A DNA stretch of 64,000 bases from Phaeosaccion multiseriatum (lineage: Eukaryota; Protista; Ochrophyta, other classes), in assembly GCA_965112735.1 (NCBI GenBank), contig OZ218958.1:248001-312000 (forward strand). Reading direction: 5' to 3'. Numbering within the stretch: the stretch's first letter is position 1; the number at the start of each line of letters is the position of its first letter. Of the stretch, positions 49,977-63,600 are shown one piece after another. The position numbers and the translations under genes were made by a program. The notes beneath the pieces were generated by a model. That model had not been told where the DNA came from. It ran no database searches and saw only the letters and a list, made by a program, of their open reading frames with translations.

Positions 49977-51427
49977 CTTCCTTCTTGTGTGTCTTGACGT
50001 TTCAGAGCTTGTACGCAGAGATTTCGCTTCAACTCTGGGGGGTTTCGTATCTATGTTTCTACGGAGAAGCTTTCAGCATTGGGAGCTTTCATCATCGGGC
50101 CATCGGGCCATCGGGAAATGGGGTGGCCGGGCCGTGACGCTCGCCCATTATCTGGCGTCACGCAGCCCAGCCCAGGCCAGCAGGCCACGCACCACAGGGC
50201 CCTGCCAAGAAGACAGCGCGTGCCATGGTCGGCGATGTACGTATCTATCCGCCGGCATGGCAGCACGGCAGCATGCGTAGGTCTATTTCTGGGCGACGTG
50301 TCTACCTCCAGCACTTTGTCTACTTGCAGAGGTTGGGAGAGTGTCTAGTTGCAGAGGTTGGGAGAGAAGGGAGGCTTCGCTGGCGGTAGGGTCGTGTCGA
50401 TGATGATTGCGTCCGTCACACTTGGCGGGTACGGCACGAACCGCTAACCGCTTGAAACTTGATACATTGTACTTGCCATCGACGCCGCCCGCAGCCGCAT
50501 AGGCAGAGAGAGAGAGAGAGATAGGGCGCGGAGAGGGAGATAGAGAGAGATAGAGAGAGGGGGAGAGAGAGAGAGAGAGAGAGTCCGTCATCGCCGCCCT
50601 CGGCCGCTGCGGCTCTGTATTGCCCGTTGCCCATTGCCCATTGCTAGCTCTTTAGTCGAGGACTTCTCGCTCCTGTGATCCTTCCATCAAGAGGCCGCGT
50701 GTACAATGTATGCGTGACGGGAGTGAGTCGGGGGTCGCCCTCCTCGGTGAGACAGAGACAGAGACAGAGACAGAGCATTCCACACACGAGCATCAGCGCA
50801 AGGCAATCTCTAACGAGCGTGGGCGGATAGAGGGCGAGCAGCAGCGGGAGGGGCATTCGTTTATTTGACTTGTTGGCGCGTATTGACAGATGTACCAACA
50901 CAAACTGTTGTAAGATGCAAACACCAACTCCACTACACCCCCCACGCCTCCTCCTCCTCCGCCGCCGCCGCCGCCGCTGGAGTAGAATAGCTGCGCTTCG
51001 ATCACACGTCCCCCAAGACAAAGACACGAATCGATGGCATGTCTGAGGTAGTGTAGCTTATGGGATGTCTGAGGTAGTGTAGCTTCCCTCTGCCCCTCCT
51101 CTGCCTGCCCTCTCCCTGCCCTGACCCCTGCCCCAGCCCTACGCTCCCCCCACGGGGCACTCTGCTGCCATCTCATCCATCCAGCAAGTACCTGGTGTCA
51201 GGTAGCCACTCTCCTCCACAGCCCTCTCCTGTATCCTGTGCCGTATGTATCTACGTACCTACGTTACCTACCTACCTACCTACCTACCAACCAACTGCTT
51301 TGAGGATATATGTTGGGCTATAAAATCGCGTAGGTACATAGGCATCCATCTCCCCAGCAAGGTCGAGCACAAGAAAGGTTCGATGACGGTGACAGTTACA
51401 GTGACGTCCTCAATCGATCACTGACAG

Positions 51428-54400
51428 TTACAGGCCGAAGTTCCTGAAGCCCTGTGTATAGGCCATGGGGCGGATGGAAGGGTGCGGCACGGCCTCGAAC
51501 TGCGTGAAGTTGGGCTCCATGGATGACCCAAACTTGATGAAGGCGCCCTTGTTGCCCATCTGCACAAGAGAGGGAGATAGAGAGAGAGGGGGTTAACTCG
51601 GTGGGCAAGCAAGCAACAACCCACACATCACATCACATCACTCCACCACCTACACCCACCAACCCACGCACCTACCGCACCCACCCATTGACATACTACA
51701 CCCACCCGCTGACCCATTGACATACTAACCCCCACCACCTGACGCACCTGATCGCAGTAGTTGGGTGCGCTGAAAACTGTGATGCACTTGCCCCCGTGCT
51801 CCACTAAATAACCCTCCTCCTTCACCTCGTGGCTGCGCACGAGCAGCTCCAGGCCGTTGTGCGTGAGGAAGGCTTCTGTAACGTCCGCTCCGAAAGCCAT
51901 GCCCACGCCGCGCTTGGACGGGCTCCGGCCGGGAAAGGGTTGGGGGTCGCTCCACATCAGATCGGACATGAGCCCGCTGGGGACGACGGAGGCAGGGAGG
52001 GAGAGGGAGGGAGGGAGGGGAGGGGAGGGGAGGGGAGGGGAGGGGAGGGGAGGAGAGGGAAGCAGGTGTAAAGCAAGGCCAGGCACACGAGTACCGTCCG
52101 GAACTTCCCGGCATCTCATCAGTTCACGCCCCATTGACCCGGGGGTGGTATCTACCCAGGGGGGGGGGGGTAGTACGTAGGTGCTGTCACTCTCGGACTT
52201 TCCCTCCTCCCTCCCTCCCTCCCTCTCTCCCCCCCTCCCTCTCTCCTCCCTCCCCATCCGCTGCCATCCCTCCCTCACCTGTCTGGCGGCTCTCTCTTGC
52301 GGGGAATCTTGGATATGTCATTGAGAGTGACGTTGTCCGCAGAGGGCAGCCCTCCATGCACCACAAACACCTGCATGGCCCCCGGGGGAAAGGGAATGGC
52401 GTAAGGTTACGTAAGGGTATCTCGACCATTTTCTCCGATCTCTCTCTCTCCCTCCCTCGTTCTCACTCTCTTCCTCTCTCCCTCTCTCTCGCTCTAAAAC
52501 TGAGACACCCGAGTGAGGGTCAGGACAGGAGCTTGGACTGCCACTGCCACCATCACTGACCTTGTCGTTGATGGTGGCGGCGAGGGGCAGCCAGTTGAAC
52601 ACCTCGGTAAAGAGCGTCATTACTGTGTCGTCGTACTTGTGCTTCACCTCCCCCTCGAAGCCGTACATCTTAATTAAAGATGGACAGATGGACAGAACGA
52701 GAGAGAGACGGACAGAGAGAAGGGTTAGAAGCAAGCCTTCATATCACTATAGAGTCTCCTCAATTCTTCATCGTGGGAGAGTTTCGCTTTCATGCAAAGA
52801 AAGAGCTTCGTCGTCTTCCCTCCAATTTAAGTAACCTTACGTACCTTGTTCATGTTCTTGCTCTCGTGGTTGCCCCGAGTAAGGAAGAGTCCCTCGGGAC
52901 AGGCGAGCTTCATGGCGAACAGCGTCAGCACCACCTCCACGGAGAAGGAGCCGCGGTCCACAAAGTCACCGTTAAACAAGTACCTGTTCGTTGGAGTTGG
53001 AGGGGAGGGGGGGGAGGGAGGAAGGGAGGAAGGGAGAGAGGGAAGAGAGAGAGGGAGCGACAGAGAGAGAGAGGGGGGGGGGGGGGGGAAGAGAGAGGGG
53101 GGACGAGAAAGGGAGGGAGAGTGAGAGAGGGAGGGAAGAGAGAGGGGGCGAGAGAGAGAGAGGCAAGCTGTGCTGCGCGAGGCAAGTCTCGGCCACCACC
53201 TCCTCCTCCTCTTCTTCGTCTCCTCGTCGACTCGGAAACCTCGGTCGTCTGTTCATCCCACTCTCCTCCACAGCAATAGACCCAAAACCGACGAAACGTC
53301 TGAAACCGCAACTCACGGGTTGGAGCGGCTTGGCAGGCCATTGATTTCAAAGATGTTGAGCACATCGTAGAACTGCCCGTGAGTGTCGCCGCATACCGTG
53401 AGGTGGGAGTCCTCCCCGTCGTCAGGCAGCTGGGGGGGGGGGTGATGTTGGTGGAGGAGGAGGAGGAGGAGGAGGAGGAGGAGGAAGAGGAGGAAGAGAA
53501 GCAGCAAGAGGAGGAGGAGGAGAAGGAGGAGGGGGGGGGTGGTGGAGGAGGAGGAGAGGGGGAAGGGTGGTGAGGGAGCGGGCGAACACGGAGCCAAAAT
53601 GTAACCACGCTGGGGTGCAGGAGTATTCCCAAGGTAAACAAGCACAACCTCAGGCTCCTCCTCCTCCTCCTCCTCCTCCTCCTCCTCCTCCTCCTCCTCC
53701 TCCTGTGTGTGTACATGCACACTATATACCAGGACCTACCCACACACAACACACACAGTTACAGTCACACACACAACCACAACCACCCCTACCTGTAGGC
53801 GCATAAGCGACGGCATGGCCTTGAACATGGTGTAGCACTGCCCCAGCACCATGACCATGTACTTCTTGTGTAGCAGTTTCTGTTCCTTCAGATGCACCAG
53901 CAGCTCCGAGATGAACTCGGCCGTTACGTTGCCGTCGTCGGAGAGCCTGGGTCCGTCGTAGGCCGGGTCGACGCTGATGGTGGCGGGGTCGAGGCGCTCG
54001 GCGAGGGGCACATCGTCTTCACTTTCAATGGCGGCGGCGAAGGCCGCTTCCTTAGAGGCCTGAGGGAGGGGAGGAGGAGGAGGAGGAGGAGGAGGAGGAG
54101 GAGGAGGAAGAGGAGGAGGAGGAGGGGAGGGGGGAGGAGGGAGGGATGGATGGATGGAGGGAGGGAGGGAAGGAGGGAGGGAGGGAGGGAGGGAGGGAGG
54201 GAGGGAGGGAGGGTGGTGAGAGGGCGTTTCTACTGTCATTTCGGGGGCACACACCGGCCTACGACACTCCGCCAAGCCATGAAGGCGAGATCAAGCTATC
54301 ACGCTGACCACAATGACCAAGTTGACAAGCTGAGCCCCACCCGTACCCAAGCTATGACCCAAGCTATGACCCAGCCATCAACAGCCATCCACAGCTATCA

Positions 54401-54902
54401 ACAGCCATCAACAGCCATCAAATCCAGCCTTCCAAGCCTTGCCCTTGCCCCCCCCCCCATACCTTCTCGCAGGCCTTGTACTGTGCCCTCGCCTCCTTAT
54501 CGTTGGGCCTCTGCTTCACCACGTAGCGGAAGTCTTTGAGCGCCACCTACTCGGGGCACATAGAGCGTGGGGCACAGGGCACAGGGGAAAGGTATGAGGT
54601 GTACGTATGTCAGACCAGGGTAGAGAGTATGGGGTGTAGGGGATCGAAAGATTAGGAGGGCACGGGGTACAGATGATAGGGTATATGAGATATGCAGGAT
54701 AGATAGGGTATGGGTATAGGGGAGAGAGGAGGAGGAGGAGGAGGAGGAGGAGGAGGAGGAGGAGGAGGAGGAGGAGGAGGAGGCGGTCTGGTATCGCTTG
54801 CTTACCTTGTAGTGACCCAAAGCGAGGTGAGCCGAGGCCCTTCGATAGTACGCCTTCAGGTATGAGGGGTCCAGTCTATCGCATGGGGCACGGGGTACGG
54901 GA

Positions 54903-54954
<52 letters not shown>

Positions 54955-56065
54955 ACGTGGTTATGGACAAGATAAAAAGACGAAGGACGGGGAGACTGGG
55001 GAGGGAGGAGAGGGTGAGGGTTGGGCGGCAGTAGCGGCAGTCACTCACTCACTCACTCACTCACCGCATAGCCTCGTCAGCGTCTGAGATGGCAAGTCCG
55101 TAGTTCTCCAGCTTGAGGTACGCCACAGCTCTGTTGGAGTGGAACACCGCGGAGGGCACCAGTTCGATGGCAGCCGAGTACTTCTCCACCGCGGGGATGA
55201 ACTTGCCCGCTGAGGTACGAAGAGGGAAGGGGGAGGGGGGAGAAGCAGGGCGTCGTTGTTCCGGGTGTCAGAGCTGGGGGCCGAGGGGAAGGGGAAGCGG
55301 GTGGTTTAGAGTGTTGGGAGGGGTTGGAGGTGTATGGGAAACCTCTTTGCTGGCTAAGATGTGCGCTTTGCTCTGCTCGGAGAGTAGGATAGACACGCGC
55401 TGTCGGGTATTCCATTCTATGCACAACTGACCGACGTGTGTGGGTGCGGGGGAAAGGATGGGAAAGAAGGTGCCAAGCCCTGAGCACTCCACCCTCCCTT
55501 CGAGTCCTTTGGACGAGAAAGGGGAGGAGGAAACTGGCCCACAGGGTCGAGCAAAGAAGCCTCTCAAATGAACTACTAAGCCTAAGCGAATAGAGCTCTC
55601 TCAGCCAGCCGGGGAGGGTCACGCAATGACCACTCCAAGTGCGCCAAAAAAAAGCCAGTTCTTTCTTCTTCTTGGTTTTCCTCGCGAAAACGTGCACATT
55701 GCCCCCCTGTCAGGTCACTCACCTTTCAGGAACTCGTTGCCCTCCTCCTTGAGAGCATTGGCTTGGTCTTTTGTCTCTTGACTGACCTCTCTCACCTCCT
55801 CACTCATTTCAACCTTTACCTCCCCCTCACCCAGTGCCGCAGAGGCAGCAATAGACCCCCCCCCCTCCTCGCTGCCGCTCGACATACTGCTGCTATTGCT
55901 ATTACTTCTAGTGGTTGCGCTACCCTCGTCATCCTCCTCTGGCCCGTCTGCTGTTGCTATTGCTCCTGCCCCCTTCGCTCCTGTCTCGGCCTCAACTTCC
56001 ACTTTCCCCTCCCCCTCAACTGTGAGGTCTACCTTGCCGACAACGCCTCCTCCGTCGTCCTCCAT
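51428..56065 (-). CDS. PPP5C: Serine/threonine protein phosphatase 5 (TPR + PPP catalytic domain), 11 exons
   Basis: TPR: [48 protein letters not shown]. Catalytic motifs: [62 protein letters not shown]|MGNKGA. C-terminal FEAVPHP..RPMAY; stop at 51428-51430. Confidence 0.97.
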
Positions 56066-56645
56066 GGATCTCTTCCTTCTCTACAGGCTGCACACGTTCA
56101 TTTGGCCGAGCCGCTACTCGTGCTGCTATTTGCTCCAAGAATCCAAGACAGGGGCGGGAGGGGACAAGGAGGCAAATTTCGTATGTCAATGGAACTGAAA
56201 ATTTACATTTTTTTTTTTTATGTGTGGTGGTGGTGGTTGTGAGGGGGGGGGGGTGGGAGCACGGGGTTTATAACACCTTCTTTTCTTTCCGTATTTTCTT
56301 TACAAAAATTGTGTATGTGTGTTTCTGAGTGATGTGTGTGTATGTGTATGCGAGTGTGTGCATGTTTTTGTGTGTGAGTGGTGTGTGTGTGTGGGGGATG
56401 CGTGTGTGTGTGTGTGCGTGCGTGCGAGTGAATGTGTGTCTGTGTGCGTGCACAAAACCCTCGTTGAGAAGCCTGATCAGTCCCCACCTTGCCTTACCCT
56501 ATCCGCCTCCACCCCTTAAATGTAATACTTGGAAGTATATATTTATGATGTACAATATACAATAGGCGTAACATAAGCGTTACCAAAAGCAACAAACGCA
56601 TACTGTATCATAAACCCCAAAAATCAAAAATCCCTCGACCATCCA

Positions 56646-57404
56646 CTACCATCTGCGACGGGTGGTGCCCGGGCCCATCGGAGAGATAGTGGTGCTATCT
56701 TCCCTTCCATCACCGAACATATCCCCACCCCCACCGAACATGTCGAACTCACGCAAGTTGGCCCTGGCATTCGCCTTCCTCTTCCGAATCACCACCACGG
56801 CAAGTACCCCAATGACAAAGAGCGGTACGAGTACAGCCGCTGCTGTGGCACCTCCGTCCCCGCCCCCTCCCCCACCCCCCCCTCCGCCCGTGTTCTGATC
56901 TTCAACTCCCCTTGATGCCTCAGAAGAAGGCGCCGGAGTTGGGGTGGGGGCTCGCGTCGGAGTAGAGGTGGGGGTTCGCGCCGGAGTAGAGGTGGGGCTC
57001 CCCTCTCCCCCGCCGGCAGTGGTTGGGGGAGGGGTGGGTGGGGCAATGGGGGTAGGAGTGGCTGCGGGCCGCTTGTGAAGGCCATCGGGGGCGTCCTGTT
57101 GCTCTATGATGTACAATGAGCTGAACTCGTCGATCACCACGGCCATGTGTGAGGTTACGGGGGCTATTGTCGCGGTGGACTGACAAAGTAGGGAGGGAGG
57201 GAGGGAGACGTGTAGGTTGGAAGGAAGGAAGGAAGGAAGGAAGGAAGGAAGGAAGGAAAGTTTCGTCAGGAGCGGGTAAGAAGTGGCGCTGCAGGGAGGC
57301 AGAGGCAGGGAAGGGTCAGGAATAGGAGAGAGAGAGACAGAGACAGAGACAGTGAGACAAGAGAGAAGAGAGAGAGACAGACAGAGAGAGAGAGAGAGAG
57401 AGAC

Positions 57405-57436
<32 letters not shown>

Positions 57437-57596
57437 GTAGCAGCCCACCCCCCCCGAGGGGGAAGGGGCGGGGGTGTAAGGCACGCGTGTAAAGGCCAAC
57501 AGGCAAACAAGCCCCTCCGCTCCTCCTCTCCAGTGCAACATGCACAAAACACATCCACAACGCACACGCACATGCACAAAGACAGACGCACTCGCA

Positions 57597-57630
<34 letters not shown>

Positions 57631-60600
57631 AACACACACCCGCACATCTACACATACACACACGCACCCACCCACCCACCCACACGCACACACACAAGCA
57701 CCCACCCGCACATACAGACACTCGCACACACGTTCATACACACACACACCTACCCACCCACCCGCCCGCATCCACCCGCACACACACACACGCGCACCCA
57801 CCTGCGGGTTATCCCCGTTGATGTTCTCGAATACTGGGCTGTCGCTCATCCACCGAGCAACCTCCCTGGGCTCGCTGGCGTCCGACACATCCAGCACCAC
57901 CAGGCTACAGGGGCAAACGGAGGGGGGGATAGTACATAGAAATGAGATGAGCTTGTAGAAAGAAAGTGAAACACAAGAGAGTCAAGTCACACAAATAGTA
58001 ACTGATAGACAGTATTATTGTAGAAAGAGTTTTTAAAACAACTTCAACGTCAACTTACCCGTCCGAGCCGTACGCCACATACGCCGATAGGCTCCCGTCT
58101 CCCACCCGCTCGACATACACGTCCTTGGGTGTGAAAGAGAGGCCCAAGTTTGTGGTAAGCTTGTTGTTCCTCCACTGCAGATCATCGAGACCTCCTTGCT
58201 CGCACTCGGGTACCTCATTGCTGACGGCATTGTTGGTACGGGTCTGTGCGGCGAATCCGCACTTGGTGAACCAACTTGCGGTGTGTTTGGCGACGTCTTG
58301 AATGTCGAGCACTCCGCCGTAGTCGAAGATGTTCACTCCTCCCCAGCCCAGTCTTATGTGTTCGTTTGTTTGGTGTGTATGGGAAGGAGGAGGAGGAGGG
58401 GGAGGAGGAGGAGGAGGGGGAGTGAGGTGAGAAAGGGGAGGGGTGGAGAATGGAGCATCCCCACCAAGCAGCAAGCAGCAGCAGCAGCAGCTGGTGATAC
58501 GGCAGCAAGCAGCAGCAGCAGCAGTAGATGTCGGAAGAACGAAGCCAGCAAGCAAGGCAAAACAAGCAGAGAAGGAAGCAAGGAAGCAAGCACAAGCAAG
58601 CAAAAAAATAAGGGGGGACCCCCCCCTTTTCCCTTCTTCCGTTGACTTACGGAGTGGCCTCAGCTCGGACGGAGACGTTCTTTTCGCTCACGTCCCCCAC
58701 TTCCAAGTCAGCAAAGGCCTCCTTCCCCATGATCACCATGCCCACATTACCGGGCACGTACACGGCAGGCACGTTCTGGCCGTGGCCCAAGGCAGACAAG
58801 TTGTTCTGCACGGAACCTGTGAGTGTGTGTGCGTGCGTGCGTGTGTGCGTGTATGAGGGAGAGGGGGAGGCGTATGTGGGTTGTCTTGATATGAAACCGA
58901 CGTGAAACCGACCCCTCTTCTCAACGACTCTCACGCAGAGCAAGTCTACACTATACGGGCAAAGCGTTCTCGCGTGTAGAGTAAAGCAACCTCGACATTG
59001 ACCGAACCGTACTCGACATGGAGCAGTACATGCCTCTCTCACTGACCTTCGAAGTCGGCAATGAGGACGCACTGATAGCCCTTGGCCGCGACATGCCGGA
59101 TTCGATCCCGCAGGGAGCAGTTGCCGTCCTCCTCGCCGATCGAGTACGCAATGACAGCGATGGAGTGCCCAGTGCCGTCGGCGACTGATGTGTCGCGGGT
59201 GGACGGGAGAGGAGAGGAGCAAGGGAGGAGAAGGGACAAAAGAGATCGTGAGACATGATGAAACGCCTTGTATTGAGCCAAAGGCGGAGCGATTGAGGGA
59301 GGGGATGACCCAACATGCATGCAAGTGTACAAAGGGACGCAAAGAGGCGAGAGAGAGAGAGAGAGAGAGCGCGCATAGGCTCTTTAGGAGGAGGGCTGCT
59401 GCACTGAAACTCACACTCACACTCACCAATGGGGTCAGGGATGTTGTCAGGCACACAGCCAAGCCCCACGTACGTCGCGATGCCTGTCCAGAGGTGGAGA
59501 ATAGAGAGAGAGAGAGGGAGGGAGGGAGGGAGGGAGGGAGGGAGGGAGGGAGGGAGGGAGGGAGGGAATCAGATGCACATAGTCGGGAGCAGGGAGTCAG
59601 AGCTGAGTGAGTATTGACAGAAATGCTCCGAGGGGACGGGGGGCATGCTACCCCTCTCATTTGAGTCTCTCAACCCCTCACTCTCTCATCCACCCACTCA
59701 CTCACTCACTCACTCACTCACTCACTCACTCACTCACTCACTCACTCACGCAGTCCCTCATTCAAATACTCACTCACTAACTCACTCACTCACTCACTTA
59801 CCCACCCACCCACTCCGTCCCTCCCTCGCTCACCCTCGAAGCCTTCCACTCCAAACTGCCGGAGCAAAGGGAAGGTGCTAAAGTCATCTTCGAACTAGTC
59901 CTCCCACTCGATGGTATCCTCTCCACCTCACTCCCCCACCCACTCCCTCCCTCCCTCCCCCACAACGCTCACCCCTATCCTACCCACTCACCGTCGAAGC
60001 CTTCCACCCCAAACTGCGAGACCAGAGGGAAGGTGACGAAGGTATCTTCGGAATAATCCTCCCACTCGACGGTATCCTGCCCTCCGTCGAGCCCTACCCT
60101 CAGGGCCCAAAAGGCCTGGTCACCGAACACTCCGACGGCCGTGTTACCGTCCGGAGACACCCCCACCTTCAACACATTACCCCAGGACCTGAATGCGAGA
60201 AGGTGTGTGTGTGTGCGTGAGTGTGTGTGTGTGTGTGCATGTGTGTGCGTGTGTGTGTGTGTGCGTGCGCGCGCGTGGGAGTAGGGATCAGGGGGGGTTG
60301 TGATGTGTTTGGGGTATATAGGTCGGGGCGGAGGAGGCGGGAAGAGGGGATGTAGAGGCGTATGGGGAGGCAAGCCGAGGGAGGGAGGAGGGTGGTTGGG
60401 GGGGGGGCTTAGATACGTGTGGGGAGGGGAGAGCGAGTCCGAAGAGGCCATAGGACATAACAGATCAACCAAAAACACCCCCCCCCCCCCCGCGGAGAAG
60501 TAAGACCCCTCTCCACCCCGAGAAACAAGAGGACAAGGAAGAACGAAGTAACGTTAACGTAACGTAACGGCAACATGGCGTAAAACGTTACGTTTACATT

Positions 60601-63600
60601 CATTACGTTACGTACCCGACGGCGGGCACCTCCGACGAGCCTGCCATGACAACCTTGTCCGCTTCGGAAGAGCCCATGAGGTTGATGAGCTCCAAACGCA
60701 GCACGCCCATCAGACTTGTGGCCGTGTACACCGCTGGGGGGGGGTTCGGGGGTTGGTTGGTTCGTTGGTTGGTTGGTTGGATGGATGGGTGGGTGAGTGG
60801 GTCGATGGCAGTGGATGGGTGGGTGAGTGGGTCGTTGGGTGGGCGGGTGGGCGGGTGGGTGCGTGGGTGGTTGGGTGGGTGTGTGCGTGGGTGGATGGAC
60901 GGCAAAGGCTCCGTGGGTGGGTGCGTCAGTGTGTGTGTGTATGTGTGGGTGAGTGGGAGGGTGGCAAGAGGTATGTGGGTGCGTGGGATGGTTGGGTTGT
61001 GTCATGTGCGGCTGATTGACTTACTGTAGGCGTTGCTCACGTCCGCGAATGAAAAGTGAGCCATGTGCCTGAGATAGAGAAAGAGAGGGAGGGGTGTAGG
61101 GACAGGGAGGGAGGGCGAGAAAGGGAGGGGGGGGAGATGGAGGGAGAGAGGGAGAGGGTACTGCTCTGAGCCTTGATACCAGGGGCCGAGTAGAGACACG
61201 GAGAAAGAGAGCACGAGGAGCTCGACAATCCCTCCTACCCACACATACTTTCTCACCCACGCACCCACCCACCCACTCACCCACAAACACACCCACCCAC
61301 CCACCCACCCACAAACACACTTACGCACTCACCCACACACACGTGCAGATATGCACCCACACTCACACACGCACCCCCCCCCCCACACACACAACACCCA
61401 TCCACTCACGCAGACACACACATACACACACATGCACACACATGCACACACACACACACACACGCACACACACACACGCACGCACACACACACACACACA
61501 CACACACGCCCTTTCCCTGTGTTCCAAGAGCTCGTCACAGCCACTCGCAGCACAGCCATGTCGAAGCGTATGGGCAGCCCCAGCCCGACCCCCAAGCCCC
61601 CATCTCCCGAGGCCCACTCCGGGGCCCAACTTACTGTCCGTAGGAAGGAGCCTTGCCCGACAGCTGTTGGAGTAACCTGGCCAAGTCAGCATAGAAAAAT
61701 GGTGCATGGGTGAGGAGGGGGTGAGAATAGAGGCCTGCACGGATGAGGAGAAGCATATGAGTAGATGGAGCCCAACCTGCCGAATTCAGCGTTCATGGTT
61801 GGGGTCCCCAGCTCCACCCAATCCGTCGTTTTCGAAGCCCTGAAGGCGTCAGAGCCTGACGCGAATACACACATAGAGAGAGGAGCGAGGAAGGAGAGTA
61901 AGTCGGGCCTTGTAAGATGAGGTCAGATGGCCACAACCTTAGCAGAGTGTGGTGGTGGTGGTGGTGGGGGGGGGGGGGGGGTGTAGTGTGGTTTGTTGGG
62001 TGTATGGTGTACGTGTGTGTGGGGGGGGGATGGGAGCCTATATGACTGAATGGAAGGCGTCCCACTGTTCCACTCACGTTCCGGCCCCCAAGAAGTGAGA
62101 TACGTCATGGACATTGACCGTACGTCAAAGTCGAAGAATTGCAAGCCACCTGCACACACGCACGCACGCACACACACACGAGGGAGTATAGACGAGATAG
62201 GGATGAGGCAGGAGTGGGAGGGAGGGAGGGAGGAATGAGAGAAGATAGGAGAGGGAGGAAAGGAAGGAAGGAGTCAGGATGGCCAGGGTGGGTTAGCCCT
62301 AGCACATGCACTTGGGGATGGCAGCGACTCATTCGAGAGAAACTCTCCCGGCCCCTTCCCTACTCTGAACATGCCCTTCCCTCGCTCTTCTGCTTGACAA
62401 GGCTGAGACTCGCTCCCCTTCATCCTCCTCCTCCTCCTCCTCCTCCTCCTCCTCCTCCTCCTCCTCCTCCTCCTCCTGCTCCTCCTGCTCCTCCTGCTCC
62501 TCCTCCTCCTCATCATCACCCCTCCCTTCCTCGTCCTCGACGAGGAAGCGCCCCCCGCCCTTACCAAAGAGGGGTCCGTACAAGTAGGACCACTGGGCCA
62601 GTACAGCCACTCTTAGCCCGTCGTCGGAATTTCCTGTACCGGTCGGCTGAGGTGGATCGTTGAGAGAGAGGAAAGCGTGTGTAGTGAGAACACGGGGAAA
62701 GGGTAAGAGTAAGAGAGAAAGATACAACACATACGAACACACATATAGGCACGCATACATAGATTGACAGATGGACAGAGAGGGAGAGAGGGGGGGGGGG
62801 TGCCGACATGGGGGTGTGACAGAAACAGTCCAGTTGTCTAAGGTTTATAGTTTCATGCGGACATCGAAGGCCTACAGTTTCATGCTGACATTGTGGTGCC
62901 CAGTGCCCCCCCCCCCCCGCACTGGTACGCCCGCACCTGTTTAAAGAATGACGCCTGCTCAATCTCCAGGTCAACGGCCCCCCAGCCCCGCTGCACCTTG
63001 TTCACTGCGTCAATCTGGAGAGGGGAGAGCGGCGAGAGGGAGGGGTCAAGGGTGCATATCGGCATATGGGTACATGAGAGGGCGGCACAGAAGCAGAGGT
63101 GGGTGAGGCAGGGTGGGGCACACGACAATGATAACTTAGACGAGTCAAAGGGAGGCAGCGACAGATGTCAAGCGATGGATGTCAAGCGACAGATGTCAAG
63201 CGACAGATGTCAAGCGATAGATGTCCAGCTCCGCAGCAACAAAGGCCAAGCTCGGCAGCAACAAAGGCAAGGGTCAGCAGCAGCAGCAGCAGCAGCAGCA
63301 GCGTCTGCTCCCGTCCCGACCTCAGCAACAGAATTGCTCCTCCTAGTCTCTTCTCATCAGACGGCAAACACGACAAAGCAAACCAAGGCCTTCCCGCGTC
63401 GGAAGAGCCACACACAGGGACAAGCGACGTTCCGAGGGACAGAGAACAAGCAGGAGACGAGAGGAGCCCTCTCTCTCTCTGTGTGTGTGTGTGTGTGTGC
63501 GTTCCTCCCCCCCCCTCTGCCTCCCTCTCTCTCTCTCTCTCTTTCTTTCTCTCTCTCTCTCTCCTCATCCTTCCCTCCCCCCCTCTCTCTCTTCCCGACC

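Noticed and set aside
50051-51176. Several short ORFs between the MBL and PP5 genes
   Set aside because: No motifs or consistent splicing; treated as intergenic.
59893-59899. In-frame TAG as evidence of stop-codon reassignment
   Set aside because: It occurs only in the duplicated pseudo-exon; real genes here end normally at TAG, TAA and TGA.
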